Positions 9,371 through 23,104 are shown, counted from the whole stretch's first letter. The stretch: 61,839 nucleotides of DNA, filler included, from Hausera hauseri (GCA_046269625.1; 10 parts of 10 records of this genome joined end to end with filler, not necessarily neighbours in it), one strand, 5' to 3'. Numbers and translations: made by a program. The notes: a model not told the origin generated them from the sequence alone.

Positions 9371-10167
9371 CTAAAAATCAACCAATTACTTGACGAGGAC
9401 AATTAAAAACTCACCATTCGTTGAAGTGATTTTTAAATAATGAAAAATATAGTCATATCACCATGTACTGCTCCGATTATTGATGGGTTTTTGTTAGTAG
9501 ATAGCGTCTCTACCATCCCGACCTCAACATCACTTGATGATTGTAAGATTGAATTATCCATAAGATATTATAAAAGTTTATATACACTCAATCAATGAGT
9601 CTTATTTTCATCCTTTTTTGAATTTCGTGACTTTCTATTGGCTATTTATTGTACTAACTTTGAATTAAATTTAAACGTTAATATCCGTTTCAATTCCTCC
9701 TCACATCCACCTCCTTTAAGAAATTTCGCAGTTTTTCCACATTTCTTTCCAGGATTCTGCCGTCCGCGTGTTGCAGTACATATCGACGGTCGTGTTTTCT
9801 CTCGATGACTTCGTATGGCCCTTNNNNNNNNNNNNNNNNNNNNNNNNNNNNNNNNNNNNNNNNNNNNTTAATTAATTAANNNNNNNNNNNNNNNNNNNNN
9901 NNNNNNNNNNNNNNNNNNNNNNNCACCACTCCACAACAAGAAACTACAGACGTTGCCACAATTCCTCCTATGCTACCAATGGGAAGTTTCCGAAGACCTT
10001 GTAAACCGACCTCACCATCTACTTCTCCCAGAAAGAAACACCAACAAACCCAAACTCCCCGATTTAGGCTTTCTGATAAAGCGGCTTAGACAGACCCTGA
10101 AACTCTCGCCATGGCTCCTGGTAGGTCGGGCATGGCTGCCAACACCTAGGCAGGTAGGGGGCTTCCT

Positions 10168-13100
10168 GTGTCTTCTCCTAAAGTAAAATTTATAACATTC
10201 ACTCCCGCCTCTAACCTTACTACTTCAAACAAAAATAGAGACCTACATAAAAGTAGCAATTCTGCCTCTCCGATGTCCGAGGACCCCGAAAAATACCTTG
10301 CTATTCTTATGAGAATGGCAACAGATCTTCTTTTGCTTAAAAATAATTCCTGCAATTGGATTCTCTTTCCCTTAGATAGCCTTACCAAAGACAAAAGGAT
10401 CACACTGTCACTCTATGACAACCAAACCCTTAACCACCTAAGATCCCTTACCACTCACTCAGCAGCCAAACCTGCCCCAATTGGCAACATCCATATCCTA
10501 AAAGCCTTCTTTATACTCGCGTGCGACTCTCTTTCAATTACTCCAACACATAAAGTTTCACGATTTGTATGCACGTTCTGTCAAAATCCAACTATACAAA
10601 CTCTTGATGAATTCTACAACCAAACATTTCTGCCTTCTAAAATCCTAAACAGTTTCACCTCTATCCAATCGTACCATAAACCGATATATTGCGACTCTGA
10701 AACTTCTGCACAACAATTGCAGTTCCCGAAAACATGCACCCCTATCCAAGAGTCGAGCCCTCCAGTAGAGAAACAACTAACAAATTATATAGTGGATGAA
10801 GATATCGATGAATACTCCTACGACTTATAACACTAATTATCTGGCCATGCTTCTATCCTGCTTGCCGACCTCCAAAGACTGCTCTTCAAAAAACCTACCC
10901 ACTATATAGCATTCCCCACTAATCAACTCCCAGCAACCTTCTGAAAAAAACTTACATCCCGTATCTTTACAATTCAAGTAAAACTTCCTTCCTTAAGTAA
11001 TGATACACCCAACCTCAAATTCCACTTTGACTCTCAACATACCATATTTAACTTCCTTAAAGCCACTCAAGAATACATTGTTCAGCGGAATCCTACCAAC
11101 TTCACCCACTTATGGAACCAGATGAATGTCTCTGAAATTTTGTCTGAAAACACTACAATTCCAAATGTCACCGACACCACAACAAAACGCCACAACTCTA
11201 AACCCAACAACAATGAAATTGAAATTATCATTGAAAAAACTCAGCCTGCATTTTTTACTTGGCCTCTACCAAATGCTCTTACTACCCACAATCCAGTCCT
11301 TGAACAGTTCATCCCTACTATAGGATCTCTGAAAATCTTTTTCGTCAAAAATCGGAACCAGAATGTCAGTCCCTCAATAACATTTAAAGATAACAAGCTT
11401 ATAACCCAAGCTACTTCCTTCCGCAACGATTTCCTACGAAGATACAACTCATGCTTTCCTCCCCTCCCCCACTCCCGATATGGATTTTCTACTACATAAC
11501 TACACACCTAAACCCACAACATTTCCCACTAAAAGTATACCAACATACCCAATACCTGAAGAATCTAACCAACCAATCCCACATACCATCATTTTAACCA
11601 CAATCCCCACTCTGGATTAGAACCAAATAACACCTATGAATAGTCTTCCTTTCACCTGGACCCTCAAAAAAGCCCTTTCAACTCGCGACACTCGACTCGA
11701 ACAATATGGTCCCACGGCCCGAGCCTTAAGACACTTTTTCTACAAAGGCCATAGCGCACGAGTCAAATCTAACGTCAATTTCGATAACACCAAACTTAAA
11801 ACCGTGCTTTAGGTTTCCTACGCAAATTTCTCCTGACCTACAACTCTCCTCCGTCTACGTTCTTAACTCTGAAATTCGCCTCCAGACCTGAAATAATAAT
11901 AATATTCTTAACCAACCTCTCAAGAGCAATCTTACCCTCAGCAGAACAACAAATTATAAACCTAAAGAATAATTATAAAATCATTACTTATGAGAACTCT
12001 GTAATTCCTCATAAACTACCAATCCAAAAAATAAGCACACCCAGTACTCTAGCCTATGACCACCCATTAATCGCACCCTCAACTCCTGCTGTAACTCAAC
12101 AATCTATAACTACTCAACCTACATCAACACTAACCATTACTGAAACACTTAACACATGTACTGAAGAATTAACCGATAGTACTACCCGAACGTCCTTAGA
12201 ATGCTTCCTGAAATCCCCACCTAATACGAAAAATGATACACCACAAATAGAAACTAAAAATTCTGAAAGCACAAGTAAACCAACTGAGTTTTCTTTGACT
12301 GAGACTATTTCTGCAAGTGAAAATCACACTTCCCCAAATACTAACTCTCCCTCTCATGTAGACCAACCCAGTTCACCTACACAGCTTGTTTCCCTTATCT
12401 CTTCTTCTACTTCTTCCTCCAACAAATCTTATTCCGACATCCGTAAAATTCCTATACCTACCAAAATATCAGCTACTCGCAACCATCCGGACACTCCTCT
12501 TAATAATATGGGTAAAGATTTCAACAACTCAGTGAAACGCAAATTCAGAAAATGCAAACCTGAGACATGGTTTTCAACGGATTAAATTGATTATTGGGGC
12601 TACCAAACCTTCTTCAGACATAAAGCCTTATATCACATGGGATCTATTCCAAATTGCCTTTCCAAATACTACTGATGTCTTTGCACCCATTCACTTATCA
12701 ACAGAAGACGCTAAACTAATAAACTCACATTCATCTCACTCTGGCACAACCGCCACTAGTTACTTGCTTATATAAACAGAAATACCAGCTCTCTATATCT
12801 AATTGATCCCTTCAAATCCTCCGCATATTTCAAAATGCCCAGCCAACTATTATATTCACGCCTTGATGTCTTCAATGCTGTATTCAACATCCCCGAGTTA
12901 ACTTTCAGAGGTCAGTATGAACATAAAGACCACCAACCTCTCTCAAACTCTAATGACTGTGGTCCCTATGACTGCGGCTACATGCTTCAACTAGCTGCAG
13001 ATGCCACATATCTTAAAGTGGATGTAGAGTCTATACAAGCCTTCACTAATCTCTCTCAAGAATCTCCTCTATCAATCAGTACTCCTGCAAAACCCTTATA

Positions 13101-14343
13101 CACCGCGGGAGCTCTAAACTCCGCCTCTGATGACTCCTCCACAACCACAGAAACTGATTTCCTCCTAATCAAAACACCAATTAACCAACTAGTACTACAA
13201 TGCAACCTAGGTCGTTGTTCTTTCCCATCGAAATTTCTACCTACCACCTTCAAATTCCAACACGGAACCTTTCAACACTTAAAACTAAAAATTTACACCT
13301 CCGTCCCACACGACTCAGCCTTCTATTGCCTACTTTGTAAAACCCAACTACCACTAACATCAGCCATCCGCAATTGCCGTGATATCCACCGAGACGAATC
13401 CAGTCAGGAAAACCCTACCTCTAACAACTTTCTAAAATCCAATAATTTAACAATATAGATATCCCAATCCAATCCTCGTATATTGACAGTGCATGACTAA
13501 GTGACTGGACTATAGAACTATACATCCGGATGAAATGCGCTGATTGTCCGCATGTTCTGTTTGTGAATCCTCTGTCGGTGTCAGCATTGCTAAAATCTGA
13601 TGAATGATCTCTATTCCAACTTTTTTCCTTTAATTTTTTCGCCAACTGGCAAATTATTCTGGGGCCCATACGCGTACGCGCCTCTCATTGGTTACTCTTT
13701 GTCGCTGAACGCCCTGACCATTGCTGCTTCCTGATCGACCCCGCCACCAATGAATCAACCCAAGAGCACACTGACATAACCGCCAAACTTACTGAACTAC
13801 TATACCATTTCTCATACATCTCAATAGAGGAACGCTTGGACATCTCTTTCATTCGTGACTACCCGTTACAACAAAAATGCGAAGATAGTGGTCCCTTCGT
13901 GCTCCACTATGCTGTCAACTATAGCAAATAGAGAAATCCTTTCTTTCCAAACTGCGACCCTGATAAAATGAGAAAAGATATAGCACAACTCAAACCTCTC
14001 CAAACATTCCAAACATCAACTATACTTTCTATAATGCTCCCTCTGCCAAAGACTCCTTCACCAACTCACCAATCTCCACTGACGATATCAAAAAGGCTTT
14101 AAAGAAATGCAAGAAAGCAGCCCTGGCGAAAATAAGATTGAATACTCACACTGGAAAATCTTAGACCCCAATTTTACTGCTCTGGCAACGTTATTCAACC
14201 ATGTCCTTTCAAACTTGGACATCCCCGCACAATGGAAATCATTCAGAACTACCTTGATACCCAAACCAGGTAAAGAAGTCTACTCATACCTAATATCTTC
14301 ATGGCGTCCCATTGCAGTCCTGGATACCTCTTACCGTATCTTT
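10168..14343 (+). mobile_element. Decayed NeSL/Utopia-like non-LTR retrotransposon: long N-terminal region, two Ulp1-like protease domains, truncated RT
   Basis: C/A-rich strand bias. Ulp1-like motifs YLIDP..QPLSNSNDCGPY (~12570-13000) and HWLLFV..FLIDP..QQKCEDSGPFV (~13500-13920). RT start SSPGENKIEYSHWKILDP..LFN..IPAQWK..TTLIPK..WRPIAVLDTSYRIF (14107-14343), ending at an (AATA)n tract. Confidence 0.8.
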
Positions 14344-14374
14344 AATAATAAATAATAAATAATAAATAGCTGCT

Positions 14375-14760
14375 TTATGGAATGTATATCCTTTGGAGAC
14401 CTTTTACACCCCTATCAGAAAGCCATGGGGGCCTCAGTTCGTAAAGAGTTCCGTAAGTCAAATTACAAAACCGGCAAATAAATTTCCTATTCTCCTCCTT
14501 CCTGTGGCTTTCCAAATGATTGACAAAATCATCCAATTCCTCAAAATTCATTTCATAATCAATAAATACACAGAGACACGCTTGGTGGTTTTTGTGAAGA
14601 ATACTGTGAGATCTCAGTTTCTGATAATTGTAGAGATTCTTTTTACAGAATTTACATTCGAATATACTGCCAACAAGAATAATCGGATTGTGACCATCAC
14701 CAGACACATAAAACGTCGATTTGCTCCCCTCGTTTGTCAACACACGAAACTGTTTACAAT
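14375..14760 (-). pseudogene. C2H2 zinc-finger gene fragment resembling ZNF341
   Basis: FECKFCKKNLYNYQKLRSHSILHKNHQACLCV..FEELDDFVNHLESH..FICRFC..LYEL parallels the ZNF341 finger series as I recall it. Some ligands are lost. Confidence 0.6.
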
Positions 14761-15254
14761 CAATAAGGATCCACAAATCTGGCTTGTTGTGGTCCTGATG
14801 AGACACTTCGGCACGACGAGAAAAAATGACAAAAGTGCACCAACCTGTCGGCAACTGTGAAGAGAAATAAACAAGGACAAGTAACAAAAAATGAGAAAAA
14901 CGATAATAATGTATTTATAAGTAAATAAATGGCTCTTGTTGGGCACAACAATGACCAGTCACCTTACAGATCCCGATTTGAGTGATACGAAAGTCAATTA
15001 TTTACCTCAATGTAGTTTCTACCGAATGTAGAATTTCACTGGATTGAATANNNNNNNNNNNNNNNNNNNNNNNNNNNNNNNNNNNNNNNNNNNNTTAATT
15101 AATTAANNNNNNNNNNNNNNNNNNNNNNNNNNNNNNNNNNNNNNNNNNNNTCAGGCTGCCCCCCTCCAGCATACCTGCATAATGAAATTCCTCGTACTGA
15201 TTTGTGTTTTTTTTTTTTTTTTTTCTCTCGCCATTTTCCTCTCTCCATCCCCAG

Positions 15255-15632
15255 ACTCATCCTGCCGCCAGCAAGCTGCCCCTGAAGGACAGCTTCACGT
15301 TTGATGACTACAGGTCAGTGTGTGTGTGTGTTTTTAGAAACTAGAGCAAGAAGAAAATATTCGGCTCCACACAATTACCTCTTACTGTAACAGGTTAACT
15401 TTTGAGTTTTACGTCCAAGTTTCAGCTTTAAAATTCATACAAACAGAAATATTAGTGGGTCTGATGTTTGTGAATGGTTCTGTTAAAGCGTTAACAAGCG
15501 GTTGTTTTCTGTAAAAGGTGGGCAGTGTCCTCCGTGATGACCCGCCAGAACCAGATCCCCACTGAGGACGGCAGCCGGGTCACTCTGGCCCTCATCCCCC
15601 TGTGGGACATGTGTAACCACACAAATGGACTG
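15255..15632 (+). CDS. setd3: Two internal exons (15255-15313 and 15518-15632) of vertebrate, probably teleost, SETD3 actin-histidine methyltransferase
   Basis: Spliced translation THPAASKLPLKDSFTFDDYRWAVSSVMTRQNQIPTEDGSRVTLALIPLWDMCNHTNGL, canonical AG/GT sites and GC-rich vertebrate-like codon usage. Confidence 0.93.
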
Positions 15633-18356
15633 GTATTTAAAACACACTTATATTATTTTAACTGTATTTTATTATAAAATTAAACTTACATATATACATT
15701 CTCTCAATATCCAACTCGTTAACTACTTACATGGTGTCTCCCCTATCCATATTATTAGAATTATGCTTTTCCCAAAATTCTACAAGGTCCTCATAGTGCT
15801 CGTATCCGTCTATTACCCCTTTCATACTGTAACCCAGTTTATTACGGATAAAATAACCACCCTTCACACACCTCCGCAAATCTTATCGGATCTGACCATT
15901 CAAGAGATTAATGTTATTTCTCAGTTCGCTTCTACAATACATGCATTATTCCACACAACGCCTCAGAGAATTATAACCGAGATTATTATACATAAATTTA
16001 ACAATGATTCTTAATAAATTCAATACTTGCATTTTACCAATTTACAAATTCAGACCCGTAATACTATACTCCCGATAAATTTAACTTATAAACCACGAAA
16101 GACAGTGCAATCTCATTGCCAATTTAATGCACGAGTAGCAAATAACCAGACACCAAAGAAAGGGCATTAGAGCATAACTTTGATGTTGTGTCCGAATCGA
16201 ACTGGCTGTTGTTTTCTTTATTCGAACGGCATATAGACGTCCATGAATTACCGTGTCATATCTCGTTTCATTCGAAGATTTTACTCTTCAGCATTCGCAA
16301 TGATCGCGGATCGTTCACTCGTAGAAATGTATCTGGGAATCTTCTCCATCATATTACTTCTTCATATTCTGTAAATTACCCTGTAAACGGGTTAACTGAT
16401 GTACCCAACGTTATTATTTATGATTTTCAAAACTTTATTGATAATGAAAAATTATATATACAAAATTAACATAAAAAGGAATGATGACTATAATAGAAGT
16501 GTGGTCTAACTACTCACCAAATTCTTCCTCATTATCATGATTATTGGGTATATTGGAAGCATTCGTTTTGTCGTGATTGCAGTAATAATAGAACCGGAAT
16601 TTCGAATACACTGAGAATGGACCAGGAAATGTAACATTACGTTCTTATCAATTGTCTACAGAATATTCTGGTATCACAATATTAATAACTACCAAAAACA
16701 GAAACTTGGTTACCTTTTCCAAGTTAAGCTCCGAGCAAGTAACTGAAGTTATTTCTAGTGTTTGAATTTTGTGTGTGTTCTCGTTTGGTTTTTTAGCTAG
16801 TTTATATATGTATATCACGTATAATTTTGCATTTCAAATTTATAATTTCGTTTTCCAATTTTGCAATTTGAATCTCACTTCTCGTCTTCATGGTGTATTT
16901 TAAAATGCAAATGTGGAATTCGCTCTTGGTTGTCAGTTGATTTTCATAATCTATTCATAATTTCTTTCCACATTTTTGCAAAATAAGTTGGTACTATTTT
17001 GTTGTCAATTGACATTTCGCTCTACATTTTGTGAAATAAGTTGGTTGATTTTTATAATTGATTTATTCTATATTCTGTTGTTATTTGTTAGCTTTATTCT
17101 ATCAACCACACTCTATCACCGTCACCATAGCATTTGGATAACAAAACACGTACAGAGAAACAGAGTCGCAAGAATGTACCCATCACTGGGGTTTAACAAA
17201 ACAAAGAATGACGGAAAGTTATTTATTTGCATTATAATAAAATACAATAAAAAAACTAATAAAAAACAAGGTTCATTATTGCATGATCAAAGTAGCAAGG
17301 ATCAAAGTTTTAACAAGGTTCCTGTAGTACTGTGAGGGTATAAGAAACCTTGAGGATATATGAAACCCTAACAGCTGCCCTCAAGTCAAAAGAAAAATCC
17401 TCGATCTAATAATCAATCTGATTTGACAAGTTTGTCAATGATGAAGAATATGAATAAGAAGTTGAAAATTGAAGAACCAAAGGTTCCAAAATTACCAGTA
17501 GATGTGTGTTAAAATTCTAAATTCCACTCAATTTACTTTTACTTTTCATTTTCTTAATTCGCTTACAGAAATAATATGTTTCTCCAAAGTAGGATGTGTT
17601 GCAACCACTACAGTTAAACTGTTACACAAATTTGGATTCAAGTTCTAATGGGATTTTTTTGGGGAATTTACTTTTGATGTACCTCATTATTTTTTGAGAT
17701 TCGAAAAGCAATTTACAATTTATTGATGGACCTAATAAGTTGGTAATTTGCTGCTTAAAGTCCTAACTCCCTTCAGAATAAATCACTTTTAATAAAATCT
17801 GACTCAATTTTGTTTTCTTTCGGTGACGCTTTGTCATAAAATTTCGCGGTAATGACATCATTAATTTTTCATAGCTTTTCTGCTATATGGATATTAACGT
17901 TTTTTATACTTTTATGCGCTTCTTCATCAGTTGATCACAGTGACCAAGATTGCAGAAAAATAGCTATTCGACAAATTACATTGAACAAAAAATTAATGAC
18001 GTCATTACGAAGTAATTTTCTGACCAGCGTCAGAAGAATAAGCCGGATAATTATTCTGAAGGGAGTAAATACTTATGGTACTTACGTGTAACTTGTTAGG
18101 TTTGTACAGGAAGTAATGCTTTGTAATAGAGCATCTTAAACGCATTTGCATCTAAAACTCTAGTTTTTTTGTTTTGCTATATTTTTGTCCTGTGAAAATC
18201 GTTGTATTTTGAAAATAATTTTACACTACTTTTTGATTACTGATGTATTTGAAAAGGTATATAATTTACTGTAATTTGATTAGAAGTGTATTGATTTCGG
18301 AATTTGTATTTTGAATGATATTTTATCCAACGTTTATCCATCCATTAAACATGTAG

Positions 18357-19125
18357 TTCGGAAATGCAGCAGACAACATCAGCAATGTAGTTAATGATCT
18401 AAAACTTAGGGATATAATAAACTTTAAAGATACACTGTTGCCATGTCTCAAGTCCTTCAATGGATATATTTCTGAGAATTACGATAAGGAAGAAAGATGT
18501 TTAGAAGATTATAAACGAAACTTGAAAACCGAACGAAATAACTATAGTACTACAGTATGGTTTTGATATTTGTTTCTACAACTAATAACACAGAAAACGC
18601 TTTACGACAATGAAAAAGAGAAGGAAAACAACTTGAAACAGAAATTGTGTGATAATCAACTGTTGAAAAAAGAAAAACAAGATAAATATTTTGAAAGTGA
18701 AGCAAAATTGGGTGCGTTAAGTTCAAAAGTAAAAGAAAGAATTTCGAAGAATAAAATGCTGGAAGAGGAAATTCGATCATTGAAAGTTGGTATTGGGATT
18801 TGTTCGAGAATTATTTTTTCGTAGGAGGAATTAAATGAAGAAATGGCTATAACAAATAATTCTCGTTCCTTTTATGAAGCTGATCGGACGTTTGAAGCAA
18901 GTTTTTCGGAACTTTATCTTAACTATCTCGAGGTTTGTGAAAGTTTTATAATGACGTTATATCTCATCAATTCAGTATGGAATCAAACTCAACCAAAGGC
19001 TTCAGGAGAATATGGATGTCGTCGTTAAAGAAAATGCAGAAAAATTGGAGGAAAAGAGACGAAACTTGATGGGAGATATTGATAGTTGTTTAGAAGAATT
19101 TACTGCAGTTCTTAACGAAAAATGA
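18357..19125 (+). CDS. Coiled-coil protein gene with very short introns (5' end uncertain)
   Basis: Removing GT..AG introns 18555-18593 (39 nt), 18786-18824 (39 nt) and 18933-18975 (43 nt) gives a continuous E/K-rich frame ending at TGA 19123-19125. Confidence 0.75.
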
Positions 19126-19499
19126 ATTTTATTGTTTTCCGGACTTGTATCTTTCTTTTGATGTTTGTAAATGTATGTTGCTTTGTTGATGTTTATAATT
19201 TGTAAATATAGTACGTAAACAACTTTATTTCAAAATGTTCTTATTAGACTGATTTAATAATGAATAAAAGATGATTCTTTCCATTCATGTATGTGGATTT
19301 GCATTTTGGCTTAGAAAGTAATGAATATCCCAAATAACAGAATAACTGGATTAAAGATAAATTATATACAAATTCGCGATCAATGCACAATTAATAATTA
19401 AGCACAAATACAAATATACGAAACTAAGTTCACAAAATTGCTAATAGAGAAATTTTAAAATACCAGTTAAAAATTAAATTCAGAATAAAATAAAAAAAT

Positions 19500-19850
19500 T
19501 TATTTTATATGCAATATTTAAACAAAAGAAACACTAAAAACATCAACGGCACAAATGTTATAACACCAGGGTAATTGAGAAAATATGAAATGTCACAAGA
19601 TGTTCTTTGTTGGCAATTTTAACGAAAACAATATAGCAAAATTGGTAAGATGATCACATTTGCAATAATATTCATTGTTTGAGTAGATAACTTGACTACA
19701 GCCATTTGTGATCCATAGCCAATGTCTATTGGTATTCATAAAACCACATTTCTCTTTAACAGCCAACAACCGATTGGGACTCCGATATCTTGCGTTCAAC
19801 TTTACAGTGGGATTAGTTTTCACATTAATTTTCAATAAGAACATATCGGC
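19500..19850 (-). pseudogene. GPS/GAIN-motif gene fragment (adhesion GPCR/polycystin-like)
   Basis: KCGFM..WITNGC..CKCDHLTNFAILF is a canonical GPS with the HL|T site. A single hydrophobic segment follows in a shifted frame. Confidence 0.7.
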
Positions 19851-20955
19851 ATCTTGAATCTTGTTTTTTTCTTCTGAAAATAAAATTCCTTTTCGTTTTA
19901 CTTTGGAAATTTCAACGTTCGATTACGCAATATGTGTTCAGTAAGTGTCCCATTCTCACCCAAAAGATCAAGGTCACTGTAATAAATCGGTGATGATATT
20001 GATTGAATTCGGCCCAAGGTTTTGGAATTTCTAATTTTATAAATTCATTTTCAACGTCACTGGTATTGAACGGTTCGGTAAATGAAAATTCTGATTTATT
20101 ACTGTCTAAGACTGAAGTCTAAATATTAATTTGTCAAAAATGACTTTAAAATAAAGATTTTGATGTTACATAACATTTTCGAAAAATCATTTTATTATTC
20201 ATAAATGCTTGAGAGCCAAAGTTTGACTCACAAGAAACACTCAAAAACTACAACCAACCAAATTGACTGAAAGTTTGGCACAACGTTAACTGTGATTTAT
20301 TAAAAATACCAAGACTTAAAATTTTGGTCATACTAACCAGCACGAGCCTACCCCTTTGGTCAAATATATTGGATGAAGCATTTACAGGAAATATTGAAAG
20401 ACAAAAAAATCATGTCTGATCTCTTACAGAAATAAAACATTCCTGCTCTCAAGTACTTTCATGTTTGTCCACCAGACAAAGCTGCTCTGAAGTTCCCACT
20501 TGCACCAGCAGATGGGGGCAGATATTTGTGGAAATGATTGTGCAAAGGTCATTGTATTGTATCACATAATATTTATCTAAAGAAGTTTATATGTATTGGA
20601 AGTAAGTGCCTCACAGAAAGTCACATTCTGCAGAACATGCAAACTGGCCTTCAGCAAACATTGTAAATCATGTTATCTCCATGTCATCCCAGATTTTACA
20701 TATAAAAGTCAATTACAAAGTGATCTTGAGAAGCTTTGTGGCAGGATCATCACTTTTATTTCTAGTTGTTGCATCATAGCTGCTTTGGCTTCTATGTGTT
20801 TTATAAAGCACCATAATAAAAGTATGTCTGTGGATTCACTAGCCGTCTGAGTAGGNNNNNNNNNNNNNNNNNNNNNNNNNNNNNNNNNNNNNNNNNNNNT
20901 TAATTAATTAANNNNNNNNNNNNNNNNNNNNNNNNNNNNNNNNNNNNNNNNNNNN

Positions 20956-21352
20956 AAATTTTCTTTTTTAAATCATCAAAAATGTTGTGTGTTTTTATGT
21001 CCAAAAAAAAACTATCTGTATCCATGTACAAAAGATTACAATTAGGACCGTAAAATTTTTTAAAATGAAGATAATATAATTTTAGCATATGCAACTTACT
21101 TAATTCCAACACAGTATAGCCTAAAAAAATTGGCTTATCTAACACAAGATTCGCTGTTTTCATTTTAAATATTGAAAAATTTTCATTCACAATTTGAAAA
21201 TTTTCCAATAATGGATTAGCCAATAATTTCTTACAATCGTTTTCATTGAGAACAGCTTTCACATTCAAACGCTTTCTGACGTTTTGAATAGACTTTCCAT
21301 AAAAAGAATTGTTTAATTTTTTAAACAACATTTTCTCAAAATTGCTTTTGGC
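20956..21352 (-). pseudogene. Polinton pPolB fragment (polymerase motifs B-C)
   Basis: KKLNNSFYGKSIQNVRKR..LDKPIFLGYTVLELSKLHM..LLYMDTDSF. Runs into the contig end. Confidence 0.92.
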
Positions 21353-21369
21353 TTAGAAGTTATCACTCT

Positions 21370-21565
21370 AGAAAAGGCCCCTGTTTCTAGTTGGCATTGT
21401 GGTCCGCCCATTCTTCTCTATCCTCACCTATAGATACCGGCTTCTGCTGAGAGATTCATATAGCTTCTCCAGTCTATTGTGACATATCAGCTGATCCAAT
21501 CTCTCATCTGGTCCTGCATTTGCCCTTGGTTTTCTGTCCAAATAGATGTACCTGGAACAGCTCAA
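21370..21565 (-). mobile_element. 3' remnant of an RTE-like LINE
   Basis: Degenerate GQKTKGKCRTR*..EDREEW, resembling the G.R..GRP..RW..DR..W C-terminus of RTE ORFs. It sits at the point where the pPolB fragment stops. Confidence 0.45.
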
Positions 21566-21899
21566 ATGGGAGCCAACCAGGGGGCATTAGTTTAACTTTA
21601 TTTTAAACCCGATAACGAAGACAATAATATATGAAAATATGGGCTCATTTAAACCAATCAAGGATTTTAACAAAACAATAAGAGAATGATATTTTACATT
21701 GTTTTACTACTGTGGACAAAAAGGAATGAGACTGTATTTATAAAAAGTACGCTCGTCGAATATAGGTATGTATATTTATTTCGTAGGGTGGTATGACTCT
21801 TGTGAACGACTGACAGAAATTTCATGATATCTGCTTTCTTAGGTTAGACATTACAGCGTCTTTTGTGTTGGAATAAAATTGTTTTTGGCGAATTTTGAT

Positions 21900-22749
21900 A
21901 TGGATAAATATGCGTAACAAAGAATTTGTATCAAATTTTGTCTAAAAATGAAATTTCTTGTTCTGATGCAGTAAAAATGTTCCAGAAGTGTTACGGTTAT
22001 AAATCAAGATCACAAGTTTTAAGTGGTACAAATCATTTGTTGAGGGTCGTGAAGCAGTCGAAGACAAGCCTCATTCAGAAAGGCCATCAACTTCAGCCAA
22101 TAATGAAAACTACAGCCAAATCAAAAAGCTTGTACTATCCAATTGTCGAATGACTCAAATAGACCTCGTGTACAGTGTTGGTGTATCAAAAGGATCAATA
22201 CAAACAATTTTACAGGACGATTTTGGGATTGCCTCGTGTACCTTCTCGTCTTGTTCCAAAAGCTTTGAATGTGTTTGGAAAACAATGTCTTGTCCAAGTA
22301 GCCGAAGAGATACTTTCTATTACTGATGATGATCTGAAATGCATAATTACTGGCGATGATACTTGGATCTATGCATATAACTTGGGAACAGCTCAACAAT
22401 CCACTGAATATCGTTCTGTAGGTGAACCAAAACTGAAAAACCACATCTAATCAAGTCAAAAATCAAGGTCAAGTTGACTGTTTTCTTCTACTACCGTGGC
22501 GTTGTCCACAAAGAGTACCTTCAGACTAGCTAAATAGTCAACATAGAATATTATATAGGCTTTATGAGTCGTTTACCCGAGTCTATTCTTAAAAAACGAC
22601 CAGAATTATGGAGAAACAATTCATGGTTTCTGAATCACGATAACGCACCATCGCATACAACCTTAATGATTCGTCAGTATTTCATCAAAAATCAAGTGGA
22701 TGTCGTACCGTAAGCACCGTATTCGCCAGATATGGCTCCGTGTGACTGT
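21900..22749 (+). mobile_element. Mariner (D,D34D) transposase pseudogene
   Basis: QRICIKFC N-terminus, SRLVPKAL, ITGDDTWIYAY, HDNAPSHT and APYSPDMAPCD, with stops and frameshifts. Confidence 0.92.
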
Positions 22750-23104
22750 TTTGGGGGTTTTAACTGTTTGAATTTTTTCAAATTTAGTGTTGATTAAAGA
22801 AACTTAACACTCCAAATTCTTTCAGATTCAGCTGTCCATTGCGCTTATTTCCTCCGCCCTTGTGCGTTGAGATTCCTCCACTATTAAGTGTTGAGATCTT
22901 CGTGCAATTTTATGCCGATATATGACGCATTGCATTCATTCCTTCGTACATGTGCCTTGTGATGTTCCCTGCGACATTCACATTGTGAGACGGTTTTGTT
23001 ACGGTATCAATATCAACCGTATCTGATAAATAATCTGGTATATTTAAAATATGAATAAAATTCAAAACGTTCAAAAAACCAAAAATCTATTTTGTTACGA
23101 CCCC

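Noticed and set aside
15690-16720. Minus-strand spliced gene
   Set aside because: Splice-like sites are present, but the frames contain stops and no product is recognisable.
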